From: Bacteriovoracaceae bacterium
GTDB taxonomy: Bacteria; Bdellovibrionota; Bacteriovoracia; Bacteriovoracales; Bacteriovoracaceae
Direction: 5' to 3'
NCBI GenBank assembly: GCA_049318265.1
Contig: JBMOGR010000014.1
Coordinates: 1-64,000 of the forward strand
Length of the DNA: 64,000 nt
Shown here: positions 27,778 to 37,272 of the stretch, one piece after another
Numbering within the stretch: the first letter of the stretch is position 1
Layout: each line of letters starts with the position of its first letter
Translations under genes and position numbers: made by a program
The notes under the pieces: generated by a model
What the model was told of the DNA's origin: nothing
What the model saw: the letters and a program-made list of their open reading frames with translations, nothing else
The model's database searches: none

Positions 27778-29811
27778 TTATTGCTTTCTTATCTCTGTGC
27801 GATTTCTATTTACGAAATCTGCCAAAAGTAAGCTCACTAAACCGTTTTCACTAGAGCCACTTCCACTGGAAACTTGTATATCAGGAGTAATTTTAAGTCC
27901 TGCTGCAGCGATTGCCTTAACAATTTCGACTGAAGTTACTCCTTGGGCAGTTAATGCGTCTACTTGATCACGATATGCTTTTGCCTGAGCTTCACCTTTA
28001 GATTGAACCACAGACGCTTCAGCATCACCAATTTGTTTGGTTTTGGTCGCTTCTGCTTCGGCCAGCATTCTCACCTTTGCGGCATCTCCTCGAGCGCGCT
28101 CTTCCATTTGCTTAGCTTCGTGTTGGGCAACTTTTATTCCCGCTTCAGCAGTAATGATGCTTACTTGTGCATCAGCTTCTGTTTTTGATTTTTCAAATTC
28201 AATACGTCTTTGTTCAGCATCTTTTTTTGCGTCATACATAGACTTTTCCTGTTCAGCTAAATTTTTCTGTTGTGTCGTTTTCATTAACTGTTCAGGTAGA
28301 TGAATGTTGGTGATCATCACTGAGACAACTTCTACTTTGTATTTTGTTAGATCTGATCGGACCGCTTCTTCTGCCGATTTTTGTTCTTCTGCTCTGTTTT
28401 GTTGATAAGAGATTGCAGGTGAACGGGAAACCTGCGCTCTGAAAATACCGTCAATCTGAGGATGAATCACATTACTTTGTAATTCTTCAATCGATCCTAA
28501 TTTTTGAACGACGTATGGGGCATTTTCAGGAAGGATACGATATTGACAACGTACTTCAACTTGCATTGGAAATCCGTCATAAGATACAACTTGAAATGGA
28601 TCAAAATTTGAGCCTTTTGACTTTGTTGATTCTGCACTCCAATCCACTGAGCGAGTCATAGTCGGAATAATAACCGCCCTATAGGCAAGGGGATTAATAT
28701 TGTAAGACCCAGGTCCCAAAACTTCACGTTGAATTCCGCGATAACCTTTTGGAACAACATAACGTGACTTATTTTTTTCATCTTCTCCATTTTTTTCTAA
28801 TTCAAATTCAGCTGGATCTTTTCCTATATTGGAAATTAAAACAGCCACTTCACCTTGGGCGACTATTGTTTGTTTTCTTTTTGAAATGTTGAAAAGGTAG
28901 GGATTAATATAATAAGTTCCGGGAGTTAATATACTTTCTTGTGGTCCTCTTCTGCCATGATTATCCAAGAACTTTTGACCATCTTGAAAATTATTATGAC
29001 CATCTGGAGTTGCAACGACCACTTCACCATTTTCCATTGGCCTACCGTCTCGAGCATCGACAACGCCAATTTCATTTTCTAAAATTTTCACCGCTTCATG
29101 GATTTCAACTTTAAAAATTTCAGTGTTGATGTTGTAGGTTCCTGGTCTAAGAAAATCAATTTGAGGACCTTTTTGACCTTCATTGGCATAAAAAATTTCG
29201 GCATTTTGAAAATTATCATGATTGGCAACACTGCGACCTAGCAGTTGACCAGCTCCTAGTGACGCCCCATCAGCTGCGGTGATCACACCAATTTTTCCTT
29301 CTGGAATGAAGGTTTTTTTAATTTTAGTGATTTTAAATAGGCCAGGATGAATTTTAAAAGTTCCGTTTGTTAGAAAACGCAATTGTTTACCACGAATTCC
29401 TCCTAATTCTAAAAACTTCACTGGATCTTGGAAATTGTTGTGTCCTGAACCTGCAGGGTCATCAGCGAAAATTCTTCCAGCTGAGAGTGTGGCACCATCA
29501 ATGGCCTCTACAATTCCTAGCTCATCTGCTCCGATATTTAAAAAATTTGGTTTTGAAACCATTCTCGAAATTGGCCAAATGATAAAGTGAAGTCCAGGTG
29601 GAAGATATTCAGCCTTCATCCCAACTTGATTTCCAAGGGCAAAAACCTGTCCGGGAGATAAATTATCACCCATAAATCTTTTTTCGAGGATGGCAATTTC
29701 ATCAGCTCCAACATTAACGAAAAACTTTTTTAAAAGTATTAAAACAACTGCAGCCGAAATAATTAAAAATACAAAACTTTCGGCAAGAGGAATAGACATA
29801 ACAACTCCCAA
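27778..29811 (-). CDS. flotillin-family (SPFH/band-7) membrane protein with an N-terminal tandem-repeat region
   Basis: N-terminal TM helix. The C-terminal roughly 280 aa are flotillin-like (EA-rich coiled coil, AEAEATKTKQIGDAEA..., ending DIQVSSGSGSS). Between them lie 4-5 copies of an approximately 70-aa unit (IG..D..DG..L..G...HNNFQD..FL...G.RG.Q..L.PGTY.INP.LF). Confidence 0.65.
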   Translation of the reverse strand: MGVVMSIPLAESFVFLIISAAVVLILLKKFFVNVGADEIAILEKRFMGDNLSPGQVFALGNQVGMKAEYLPPGLHFIIWPISRMVSKPNFLNIGADELGIVEAIDGATLSAGRIFADDPAGSGHNNFQDPVKFLELGGIRGKQLRFLTNGTFKIHPGLFKITKIKKTFIPEGKIGVITAADGASLGAGQLLGRSVANHDNFQNAEIFYANEGQKGPQIDFLRPGTYNINTEIFKVEIHEAVKILENEIGVVDARDGRPMENGEVVVATPDGHNNFQDGQKFLDNHGRRGPQESILTPGTYYINPYLFNISKRKQTIVAQGEVAVLISNIGKDPAEFELEKNGEDEKNKSRYVVPKGYRGIQREVLGPGSYNINPLAYRAVIIPTMTRSVDWSAESTKSKGSNFDPFQVVSYDGFPMQVEVRCQYRILPENAPYVVQKLGSIEELQSNVIHPQIDGIFRAQVSRSPAISYQQNRAEEQKSAEEAVRSDLTKYKVEVVSVMITNIHLPEQLMKTTQQKNLAEQEKSMYDAKKDAEQRRIEFEKSKTEADAQVSIITAEAGIKVAQHEAKQMEERARGDAAKVRMLAEAEATKTKQIGDAEASVVQSKGEAQAKAYRDQVDALTAQGVTSVEIVKAIAAAGLKITPDIQVSSGSGSSENGLVSLLLADFVNRNRTEIRKQ

Positions 29812-29972
29812 GATTAAATTTAAGGGTAAATATTAAGGGTTCATATTACATGAGATAAAGTTTGGCTGCATGCTGCAACGATAACCAAGTTTTTACGTCG
29901 GCATTTTTTACTATTCTTACTTATTAAAACCAGTAATCAATGATGGACAAATAAGCACTATTATATCAAGCT

Positions 29973-30350
29973 TTGAAAATGAACCTGATCATTCTGGATA
30001 AGAAATTCGCTATCTCAAGACTCAATCCTGACTCAATTATTCCTGAATGGGCTCTCTCTAGTAGCTTTCTTTCTATTACCCGAACTTCCAATGAACTATC
30101 TGTTGTTTGCGAATTTGATCTGGTACCGAAGTCCATAAAATGTGATTCGGATTGGAAAATATTAAAAATCGAGGGAGTATTGGATTTTAGTCTAACCGGT
30201 ATTCTTGCTAGTATTGCCCAACCATTGGCGGGAGCCCAAATAAGTATTTTTGCTCTTTCTACTTACGATACGGATTACATTTTAGTGAAACAAGATTGTT
30301 TAACAAAAGCGTGCGAAGTGCTGATGTTAAATGGTTTTAAGATTTTCTAG
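29973..30350 (+). CDS. ACT-domain protein (ACT_7-like)
   Basis: 125 aa. GVLDFSLTGILASIAQPLAGAQISIFALSTYDTDYILVK matches the ACT_7 pattern. Confidence 0.5.
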   Translation: MKMNLIILDKKFAISRLNPDSIIPEWALSSSFLSITRTSNELSVVCEFDLVPKSIKCDSDWKILKIEGVLDFSLTGILASIAQPLAGAQISIFALSTYDTDYILVKQDCLTKACEVLMLNGFKIF

Positions 30351-30366
30351 AAAGGACATACGGCGA

Positions 30367-31326
30367 CTAATAGAATGATTGATTTAGTTTTTCATCATTG
30401 AATCTGGTTGTTTGAATGTCGGGAAAAATTTTGTCCATAATGACTTCTATCAACTCAATAATGATGTCTGATGAAACTTCAACTTCCTGTTTTGTCCCGA
30501 TTAAGGGGTTAAATTCAACAACATCCATACTCCTTAAACGTAAAGTTTGCGCCAACGTTTCTGCCATAATAAAAACTTCATCCAAACGAGGACCACTTTT
30601 TACTCTGATACCAGTAGAGCGCATGTCATAGGAATCAAAAACATCGACATCAAAACTTAAATGAATAGGTTTAATTCCAAGAGGATCGATGTTTGAAAGA
30701 GCTTGAGTAAGTAAAACGTCAGCTCCTTCTTCGTTTATCATTTCGGAAGAAAAATATTGGATTCCCAACTCATCAATTATATTTTTTTCTGCTTTATCCA
30801 ATTCTCGAGGACCAAAGTAGATTAAGTTCCTTGAAGGCAGTAACTTTCTGATCCAGTTGAACTCTCTGTCTCGAGCTAAACCTAAAAGAAAAGAAAGAGG
30901 CATCCCGTGAAAGTTTGCACTTTTAGAGGTGTAGGGAGTGTTAATATCCCCGTGAGCATCGGCCCAAACCACAATGGTTTCTGGATCATGGGAAAGAAGT
31001 CCATGCACTGTTCCTAGGCCCAGTCCGTGGTCTCCACCAATATTTAAAAGAAAACTTGATCGTAAATGAAGAGAAGATATTTCATCGCTGATCATGTGAT
31101 TAAAACGAGAGCATTCCCCTTTCGCCTTCATATTGCCAGAGATGCCACGTAAGCTTTTAGCAGGAAAATAGAGGTTGCCAACTTCAACGGTGGGGGCGAA
31201 CTGAGATAACCTTTGGATCAAGCCTCGATTGATCAAATAGCTATAAGCTTGGCGGACTCCAAAGCTGTCTTGGCCAAAATCAAAGGGAACTTGGAGCAGT
31301 TTTATATTATCCAAACTTTCTCTCAA
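30367..31326 (-). CDS. rocF: arginase (ureohydrolase family, RocF-like)
   Basis: GGDHGLGLGT, VVWADAHGDINTP, SANFHGMPLS, SFDVDVFDS and VVEFNP align with the B. subtilis RocF motifs GGDHS / DAHGDLNT / SGNIHGMPL / DLDGLDP / EVNP. Confidence 0.7.
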   Translation of the reverse strand: MRESLDNIKLLQVPFDFGQDSFGVRQAYSYLINRGLIQRLSQFAPTVEVGNLYFPAKSLRGISGNMKAKGECSRFNHMISDEISSLHLRSSFLLNIGGDHGLGLGTVHGLLSHDPETIVVWADAHGDINTPYTSKSANFHGMPLSFLLGLARDREFNWIRKLLPSRNLIYFGPRELDKAEKNIIDELGIQYFSSEMINEEGADVLLTQALSNIDPLGIKPIHLSFDVDVFDSYDMRSTGIRVKSGPRLDEVFIMAETLAQTLRLRSMDVVEFNPLIGTKQEVEVSSDIIIELIEVIMDKIFPDIQTTRFNDEKLNQSFY

Positions 31327-32152
31327 AACTTTCTGGGATTTTAGTTAAATCAATTAAGGTAAAAATATCAAGACAATCCATTTCAGCGTCATAGGCCATG
31401 GTCTTGGCCATGTTTGCTCCTGCCATTATATACATATACATGAGTGAGTTTATTGGACGCTCAGATGATTTTTCTTCTGTCTCAGGAAAGACGTAGGGGA
31501 CACGATATTTCTCTTGAACAGAGATATTATAATCTTCGATGAATATTTTCCTATCTTCTAACCATTGTAGAATATGTGGGACTTTCACAAAATCTTCTTT
31601 GCAGATACTGGAACACCCAAACAAATAACGTGCGCCACATTTTTTACTGTAATCCATAAGGCCTTTCCATAGAAGAGTTATCACTGGTCCCCTGCGGAAA
31701 TCCTTATGAACGCATGCTCTACCAAGTTCAAGCTTCTTGCCGTTAATGGCCAGGAAATCATCAATGACGAATTCCCCCTCAGAATAGAAAGGTCTTTGCT
31801 TTATTTTGTCTTCAGGATTAGATAAAAGTCTGTAACAGGCGATCACTCGTTCAGTGCTTTTATCTTTCACTATCAAATGATCACAATGTATATCGTGTAA
31901 ATCAATGTCATAAGGAAAGAATGAATTGTTTCTCTGAACTCCAGAAAACTCTTGAAAAAAAATTTCAAATCTTAGATTAAAAACTTGCAGGAGTTCGTCA
32001 GCCGTATTGGCCGTTTTTATATGATAGTAATCGTTTTCAAAATCCACTTGAATCGTAGGAGTCACAATTTTTTGACTTTTGAAGCGAATCAGAAGAGGAA
32101 AGCGGGTTATAGAATAAAGAGTATTGGTCCAGAGAGAGAGAATGTTTTCCAT
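31307..32152 (-). CDS. OlsB/COG3176-like GNAT N-acyltransferase (ornithine-lipid/lipoamino-acid synthase family; often annotated as a putative hemolysin)
   Basis: The C-terminal PINSLMYMYIMAGANMAKTMAYDAEMDCLDIFTLIDL matches the OlsB-family P.LLK.YLR.GA..xGEPA.D..F...D.L.LLD signature. There is a 20-bp overlap with the downstream arginase gene. Confidence 0.55.
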   Translation of the reverse strand: MENILSLWTNTLYSITRFPLLIRFKSQKIVTPTIQVDFENDYYHIKTANTADELLQVFNLRFEIFFQEFSGVQRNNSFFPYDIDLHDIHCDHLIVKDKSTERVIACYRLLSNPEDKIKQRPFYSEGEFVIDDFLAINGKKLELGRACVHKDFRRGPVITLLWKGLMDYSKKCGARYLFGCSSICKEDFVKVPHILQWLEDRKIFIEDYNISVQEKYRVPYVFPETEEKSSERPINSLMYMYIMAGANMAKTMAYDAEMDCLDIFTLIDLTKIPESFERKFG

Positions 32153-32327
32153 TGTCTTCCTTTCTTAAAAAAGCTTTTCTTCTCTATTTATTCTGTAACA
32201 AGAAATGTTTTGTGACTTGTTAAGTTCTTGTTAGGATTCGTCTATCGGACCAGATGGGTTTAAATAATTGTAAGAAGTTAATATTGGCGCATAGCCGAAC
32301 TTGATTTGGGAAAATGACGAATGATAA

Positions 32328-32352
32328 GACAAAGGCCCTGGATAAACCAGGG
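32328..32352 (-). terminator. rho-independent terminator for the 32419..32940 gene
   Basis: Perfect 8-bp stem ggccctgg / ccagggcc with loop ataaa, followed on the minus strand by a T-rich stretch. Confidence 0.5.
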
Positions 32353-32418
32353 CCCTATGGAAATTTATTTTGCTCTTAAAATTGATTTGGCATAAACATT
32401 ACTGGGGCTAGTAAGTCT

Positions 32419-32940
32419 TTAATTTTGAATTATTATTGGTTTTACTCCAATTGAATCTGAAGGATTTCCTTTTTTGTACAAAATTGAGTCTGGAATTTTT
32501 TTGTCTTCAGTGACAATCTCAGTGGCTCCATAAAAAGATAATTTTATGTAAATACTTGATGGATCTTTTTCTTTTATCCAAATATTTCCAATGAATTGTT
32601 TACTATCCAATTGAGAGTAATTTAGTACTTGCACAGCGCCAACTTCTAGGTCCATTTTCGATGTCAATGAATCTTTGCAAAGATACAAATTAAAAGTCCA
32701 TGTGCCATCGTTTTTATTTTTATCTACTACTACCACATCACCAAATGAAGTTCTTCCATAAGCGATGTCATCTTTTTCAACATTGGTTTGTTTTGATTTA
32801 TATACTAGAAGTCTTTTTTCGCCGCCATCAGCACATTGAGTCGTCGCTAAAATCAAATCAGTTTGAGCGTTTCCAGTACTTGCCTGTTGAGCGAATGTGC
32901 TTAGTGAAGACAGAATTAGAGCTAAAGCTAACATTTTCAT
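32419..32940 (-). CDS. hypothetical secreted protein
   Basis: Signal peptide MKMLALALILSSLSTFAQQ. Confidence 0.4.
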   Translation of the reverse strand: MKMLALALILSSLSTFAQQASTGNAQTDLILATTQCADGGEKRLLVYKSKQTNVEKDDIAYGRTSFGDVVVVDKNKNDGTWTFNLYLCKDSLTSKMDLEVGAVQVLNYSQLDSKQFIGNIWIKEKDPSSIYIKLSFYGATEIVTEDKKIPDSILYKKGNPSDSIGVKPIIIQN

Positions 32941-33046
32941 TTATGACTCCTTTGAAGTTATATGGATTGCTTAGTGCAACGATAATGCCAGTTTTAAGCT
33001 AATGAAAATGATTTGATGTGTATTTTTTGTCTAGTTTGAGCTTTAG

Positions 33047-33063
33047 TGTCTAAACTTTAGACA
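33047..33063. promoter_or_regulatory. perfect palindrome TGTCTAAA-C-TTTAGACA (candidate operator) in the promoter of the 32419..32940 gene, overlapping the YkgJ stop
   Basis: 8-bp perfect arms with a 1-nt spacer. Two related copies lie at 24725..24776. Confidence 0.45.
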
Positions 33064-33640
33064 GTAAATCCAGTAATGCCACTGGGAGGGGGAGCTTTAT
33101 CCAATAAAGGTTAAGCTCCTCTTTAAGTTTCAGGGCCCATTCGTCATCTTGATTTGATTGATCTTGAAGGGCTAAAAGTGAAAGGTCACTACCGCATTGA
33201 TTTTGAATCACTGCTTTTTCTTCTTTGGCATTATACCCAAGGCAACCGTAAGGTTTGTCTTCTTTGGTTAAAGTACAACCTTTGTCTCCAGGCTTATAAA
33301 AGGTGCAGGTATAAAAGCGGCGAAGAGTCGAGTTTCTTCCTGTCGATAACTCTTTGTCGAGGCGATATTGGGTGACTGTTGTTTGAAGTTCTTTGATCAG
33401 CTCATTATTGATTCTATTTTGTGAATGAAGCAACATAAGCACATCAAGAGCTTCTTGAGGAGTGACTTGCATGGCATTGCTTTCAAAAGTACAGCAAAGG
33501 CCAACACAGGAATAACAATTGATGTTTTTTTGCTGAAGTGAATCCATGGATTCAATCAAGTGTTTCCTTCTCACCTTAGGCAATGGAAGGGATTGATGAA
33601 GGGTTTTAAGTTTAGAGATTTCTCGCTTCATAATAATCAA
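33050..33640 (-). CDS. YkgJ/UPF0153-family CxxCxxCC zinc/iron-chelating domain protein
   Basis: CYSCVGLCC and the downstream CTFYKPGDKGCTLTKEDKPYGC match the PF03692-type Cys pattern. Confidence 0.55.
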   Translation of the reverse strand: MIIMKREISKLKTLHQSLPLPKVRRKHLIESMDSLQQKNINCYSCVGLCCTFESNAMQVTPQEALDVLMLLHSQNRINNELIKELQTTVTQYRLDKELSTGRNSTLRRFYTCTFYKPGDKGCTLTKEDKPYGCLGYNAKEEKAVIQNQCGSDLSLLALQDQSNQDDEWALKLKEELNLYWIKLPLPVALLDLLSKV

Positions 33641-33998
33641 AGATATCGTCAGAGGTGTACTTGTTACTTTTAAATGATCGCCAACTTTGTTCGATTTCTC
33701 TTTCCACTTCTTTTTGAATTCTTTCTTTTAATTGTTCTTGGCGGATACCATGAATTTGGGCATAAGAATCAAGGTCTTTACTGAATTCTTCTTGTCCTTT
33801 ACGTTCTGCTTTTTGGTAGGCATTTTTATAAAAGTTAAATTCTGATTGATAGTAATGAAGAGTCGCTTTGCGCTCTTCTTTGTGTACCACGTGAGCATTC
33901 ATATATTCACAAACTAAGTCTTGATACTCTTCAACACTTCTTTGTAAGAAGTCTTTCAAACGGTTTCTGTGAAGGCCACGATCAATCAATCTTTGCAT
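33612..33998 (-). CDS. hypothetical coiled-coil protein
   Basis: 128 aa, charged and heptad-rich. It overlaps the downstream ORF by 29 bp. Confidence 0.3.
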   Translation of the reverse strand: MQRLIDRGLHRNRLKDFLQRSVEEYQDLVCEYMNAHVVHKEERKATLHYYQSEFNFYKNAYQKAERKGQEEFSKDLDSYAQIHGIRQEQLKERIQKEVEREIEQSWRSFKSNKYTSDDIFDYYEARNL

Positions 33999-34095
33999 TT
34001 TTTATTCCTTAGAGAAGGTCGAATATTGCGCCCTAGAAGGCATCCTGACAAGGGGATTTGGTACTTTTTACAGCCTAAATATAGGACTTTTGATG

Positions 34096-34134
34096 AAAAA
34101 ACCCCTTCTTTCGAAGGGGCTCTTTTGCTTTTTA
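34096..34134 (-). terminator. rho-independent terminator for the 34157..36340 gene
   Basis: The minus-strand reading gives ccccttcgaaagaagggg followed by TTTTTTT. Confidence 0.6.
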
Positions 34135-34156
34135 GATCATTCTCTCGTCCCATGGA

Positions 34157-36340
34157 CTATTCTTTAAGTTTTCCAGAGATAGTGATGTCCTCAAGAATAT
34201 TTTTGTAAGCGTTTCTTTTTGCATGGAAGAACAAGAATGCCGGTAACACTTTCTTATCTTTCCACATTTCTTTTGCAAGTTGGTCAAACAATTTTTTGGC
34301 TTCTTCTGAAGGGCTACCAAGATGCTTATTTAAGCGAAGCATACCAGGGATTGTTGTATCTGGAGCTTTTTTCCAGATGTTACCAGTTTTCTTATTATTC
34401 GTAAGTTCAGCACGGTTACGGGCCACAAGTAATTTAGAAGCATCAGTTAAACGATCTTGGATCGAAGTAGTTGAAGGAATCATTCCTTTTCCATTAGCAA
34501 GTCCTGCAACATAGTTCACTAGATCTTTGTTCGAATTCTTCGCTTTTAAAACAATGTTCTGAGTTTCAAGAACAATTCCGCCCATGATTAATGTTACTTT
34601 TACTGGTGTATCTTTTGCAATTAAGTCCATTGGGTCAATGTTTGCAATCTTAAGATCTAATCTTGTGGCTTGACCTGCAGCCAATTTACCTACGTTCATT
34701 TCACCAACTATTTTTCCGTCAATAGTTGCTTGGGCAGAGATGTGAGCTGGAGTTTCAATAGTTGAAACGTTCTTGGCCAAAATGCTCACAGTTGCACGAC
34801 CGTTTAATGTATCTGTTTCAAAACTTGGAGACGCTGTCATTCTCACTAATTTGGTCACAACAATGTTAAGAGCTTTTGAAATACCATTCACTGTTAAGGA
34901 AATATTGGCTTGATCACCGGACTGAAGTCTTCCGTCCACAAGACCCACGGCTTCAACTGTATCGTATTCCTTAATCATTAATTTATTAATGTTTCCACTT
35001 ACTGGCTTAGCATCTAAAATGTCACCTGCAAGAATTCCTTTAAGATCTGTTCCAACGCCACCCATGTTCTTCATTTTAAATTTCAATGAAAAAGCTTCGC
35101 CTGGTTGTAAGACACCATCATCATCAGTTCCTGTAAGAACCAGAGTAGAGCCACCTTCCATAGGAATCATATCTAGCTTTGGATTCTTAGAATATTCATC
35201 GAAAGCTCCGTTGAAGCTGTTCATGAATGAACCTTTATAAGCATTTTGGTAAGTTTGTGTAGCTGAGTCTTCAAACTTTTTGTTGAAGGCTGCAATTAGT
35301 CCACGTCCAAATGCCACTCTTTTTCCTAATTGTGTACCAACTGCCTCACCATGAAGTTGTCCAAGATTTACACCTTTTTTGAATTCTTTAGCGAAGTAAT
35401 AGTTCACATAATATCTGTAGGATTCTGTAAATGCTTTTTGAAAACCAATTTGTAAATCGTATCTTACTCCAGCATTGTTATTAACCACTTTTTGCGCCAG
35501 ACCTTGGTACTGAGGTTTTTCTGGAGCCGGTCTTGTGAGCCAAGTGGCAAGCGCTGCTTTTTCATCATACCAAAGTGCTTTGGAAAAGACGTAACGTCCG
35601 TCACCAAACCACAGATCCCAAATGGTAAGTCTTTTTGTCTCACCCCATGTAGTAGCGTCGTATTGAGAATAAACAGGAAAGTCTCTCAATTGTAATTGAT
35701 TCATTTCTCTTTCATCTCTGGCCTTCAAAATATCATCGATAGTTGTATAGGCTTTCTGGTCTGCCGGTATTAATCTTGCGTAAGCATTTGGCTCTGGAGT
35801 GTAAACTCTGGCAGGGGGAGTCGCTACATTTGAAGGTATGATGCCCGATGTTCCAGGAACTGCAGCTGAGACAGCTTTATCAAAACGGGTAATCGCTTCA
35901 GAGCGACCGTCAGCATTTCCTTCGCTGTTACCTTTTTTAATTCCTTCAGTTAGGCCAGATTCAATATAATTTCCCATACCACTGACAGCTGCTTCGCCTT
36001 GTTTGTAAGCAGACCCGTCATTTTCTGAGGCTTCATACATTTCATGCATTCCCCAAGCGTAACCACGAAGATAACCTTGGATATTTCCATTTCCACCGCC
36101 AAAGCGATCGGCCATTCTACGAGCTGCGTCCACACCCATTCCACAAGCTTCCATTGCTTCAAGTTTTGTTTCACCTGAGATGGCTGGGTCAATTTTTACC
36201 ACTTCACGGCAGTAAGAATAAAGAGGTGGTTCAGTTTCATTAAAATTAATATCGAGACCATCATAAGGGCCTGGATTTGAGGTGGCGAGAACGGCCTTAG
36301 AGACTACTAAGAGAGCCAATGGCAGGAATCTTGTTTTCAT
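34157..36340 (-). CDS. large secreted protein (727 aa) with Ig/CARDB-like beta-sandwich segments
   Basis: Signal peptide MKTRFLPLALLVVSKAVLA. The C-terminal half has repeated beta-strand-rich segments (TLVLTGTDDDGVLQPGEAFSLKFKMKN..., TVSILAKNVST..., VKVTLIMGG...). No catalytic motif recognised. Confidence 0.45.
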   Translation of the reverse strand: MKTRFLPLALLVVSKAVLATSNPGPYDGLDINFNETEPPLYSYCREVVKIDPAISGETKLEAMEACGMGVDAARRMADRFGGGNGNIQGYLRGYAWGMHEMYEASENDGSAYKQGEAAVSGMGNYIESGLTEGIKKGNSEGNADGRSEAITRFDKAVSAAVPGTSGIIPSNVATPPARVYTPEPNAYARLIPADQKAYTTIDDILKARDEREMNQLQLRDFPVYSQYDATTWGETKRLTIWDLWFGDGRYVFSKALWYDEKAALATWLTRPAPEKPQYQGLAQKVVNNNAGVRYDLQIGFQKAFTESYRYYVNYYFAKEFKKGVNLGQLHGEAVGTQLGKRVAFGRGLIAAFNKKFEDSATQTYQNAYKGSFMNSFNGAFDEYSKNPKLDMIPMEGGSTLVLTGTDDDGVLQPGEAFSLKFKMKNMGGVGTDLKGILAGDILDAKPVSGNINKLMIKEYDTVEAVGLVDGRLQSGDQANISLTVNGISKALNIVVTKLVRMTASPSFETDTLNGRATVSILAKNVSTIETPAHISAQATIDGKIVGEMNVGKLAAGQATRLDLKIANIDPMDLIAKDTPVKVTLIMGGIVLETQNIVLKAKNSNKDLVNYVAGLANGKGMIPSTTSIQDRLTDASKLLVARNRAELTNNKKTGNIWKKAPDTTIPGMLRLNKHLGSPSEEAKKLFDQLAKEMWKDKKVLPAFLFFHAKRNAYKNILEDITISGKLKE

Positions 36341-36428
36341 GTGAACTCCGTCGTAAAGGTTGTTGGGTTTTTGTTAAACGGAAGTTACCATGAAATAGCA
36401 GAGGATGGTGAATTGCTGATCTAATAGC

Positions 36429-36447
36429 GTAGCAACCTGTATGCTAC
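36429..36447. promoter_or_regulatory. palindrome GTAGC-N9-GCTAC (copy A), between the HTH gene stop and the promoter of the 727-aa secreted-protein gene
   Basis: cGTAGCaacctgtatGCTACac. The flanking ctgtatgctacaccctaa is a near-identical inverted copy of ttagggtgtagcgtacag at 37247..37264. Confidence 0.5.
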
Positions 36448-36481
36448 ACCCTAACTTGATTTAAAATATACACAGAATAAA

Positions 36482-37228
36482 TTAGGCTTCTTCTTTGGTT
36501 AATGGGAAAAAAGCGGTGACTAGTTGATAAACTTCATCGCTTTCTCTATTAGGTCTTTGCATTAGCTTACAAAGATCTTGATGAAAGCTTTTGATTTTCT
36601 CTCGAGCTTCCGGCAAATCTTTCTTATTAATGGCCATGACCATGGAGGCTTGTTCTCTTTCTTTTTTAGGGATGGTTTCTAAGGCTTCAATGGCTTTTTC
36701 AAGTAGTTGTCGTTGTAATTTTTGAAGGGCAAAGTGAGTTTGATCCCCTCCATACACGATACTATTCTCATTTGAATCGACCCACGTTTTATTAGGAGTT
36801 TCTTTTAAAAGTCCGAGCTCAAATAATCTTTTGATAGAGCTTGAAGCTTCTTCTTCGGAAATTCCTAATCGTCTGGCCACATAACTATGGCTCGATTGAA
36901 AACCTTTCACTCTTACTAACTCACAAATAGCATCAAAGTACCATTCAGAAAGAGAAATAAAGAGGTCTAGGTCTCGTTGGTTAAATCGAGCAATGTCATC
37001 GCCCTGTCCTTCAAGAAACTTTTTTTGTTCGAATGATAGTTTTAGCCCAAGATAGATTTTCTTTTTGAATTCTGGCGAAGCCACACGCTTTCGTCTCATT
37101 ACATGAGACAGTGTCGCCGCTTGAACTCCTAAATCGCGAGCGTAGGCTCTCAAAGAATAAGAAGAGTTCTTTTCACATTTGCGGTCAAATTCAATATTAA
37201 GTAGTTCTACTAAGTCTAAGCCTTGCAT
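36482..37228 (-). CDS. TIGR02147/DUF4423-like HTH protein (a paralog family expanded in Bdellovibrio-like bacteria)
   Basis: N-terminal HTH-like SYSLRAYARDLGVQAATLSHVMRRKR and a second HTH-like SYVARRLGISEEEASSSIKRLFELGLL, with the family-typical 248-aa length. Confidence 0.5.
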   Translation of the reverse strand: MQGLDLVELLNIEFDRKCEKNSSYSLRAYARDLGVQAATLSHVMRRKRVASPEFKKKIYLGLKLSFEQKKFLEGQGDDIARFNQRDLDLFISLSEWYFDAICELVRVKGFQSSHSYVARRLGISEEEASSSIKRLFELGLLKETPNKTWVDSNENSIVYGGDQTHFALQKLQRQLLEKAIEALETIPKKEREQASMVMAINKKDLPEAREKIKSFHQDLCKLMQRPNRESDEVYQLVTAFFPLTKEEA

Positions 37229-37253
37229 GGGGTAAGTGTAGCACTATTAGGGT

Positions 37254-37272
37254 GTAGCGTACAGACTGCTAC
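37254..37272. promoter_or_regulatory. palindrome GTGTAGC-N9-GCTACAC (copy B), in the promoter of the HTH gene and the divergent 37359 gene
   Basis: Perfect 7-bp arms with a 9-nt spacer. An extra direct half-site GTGTAGC lies at 37237..37243. Confidence 0.5.

Noticed and set aside
33047-33063. Reading the TGTCTAAA-C-TTTAGACA palindrome as the YkgJ gene terminator.
   Set aside because: A 1-nt loop is not a viable hairpin and no U-tract follows on the minus strand. Similar copies occur in a different promoter region, which favours a protein-binding site.
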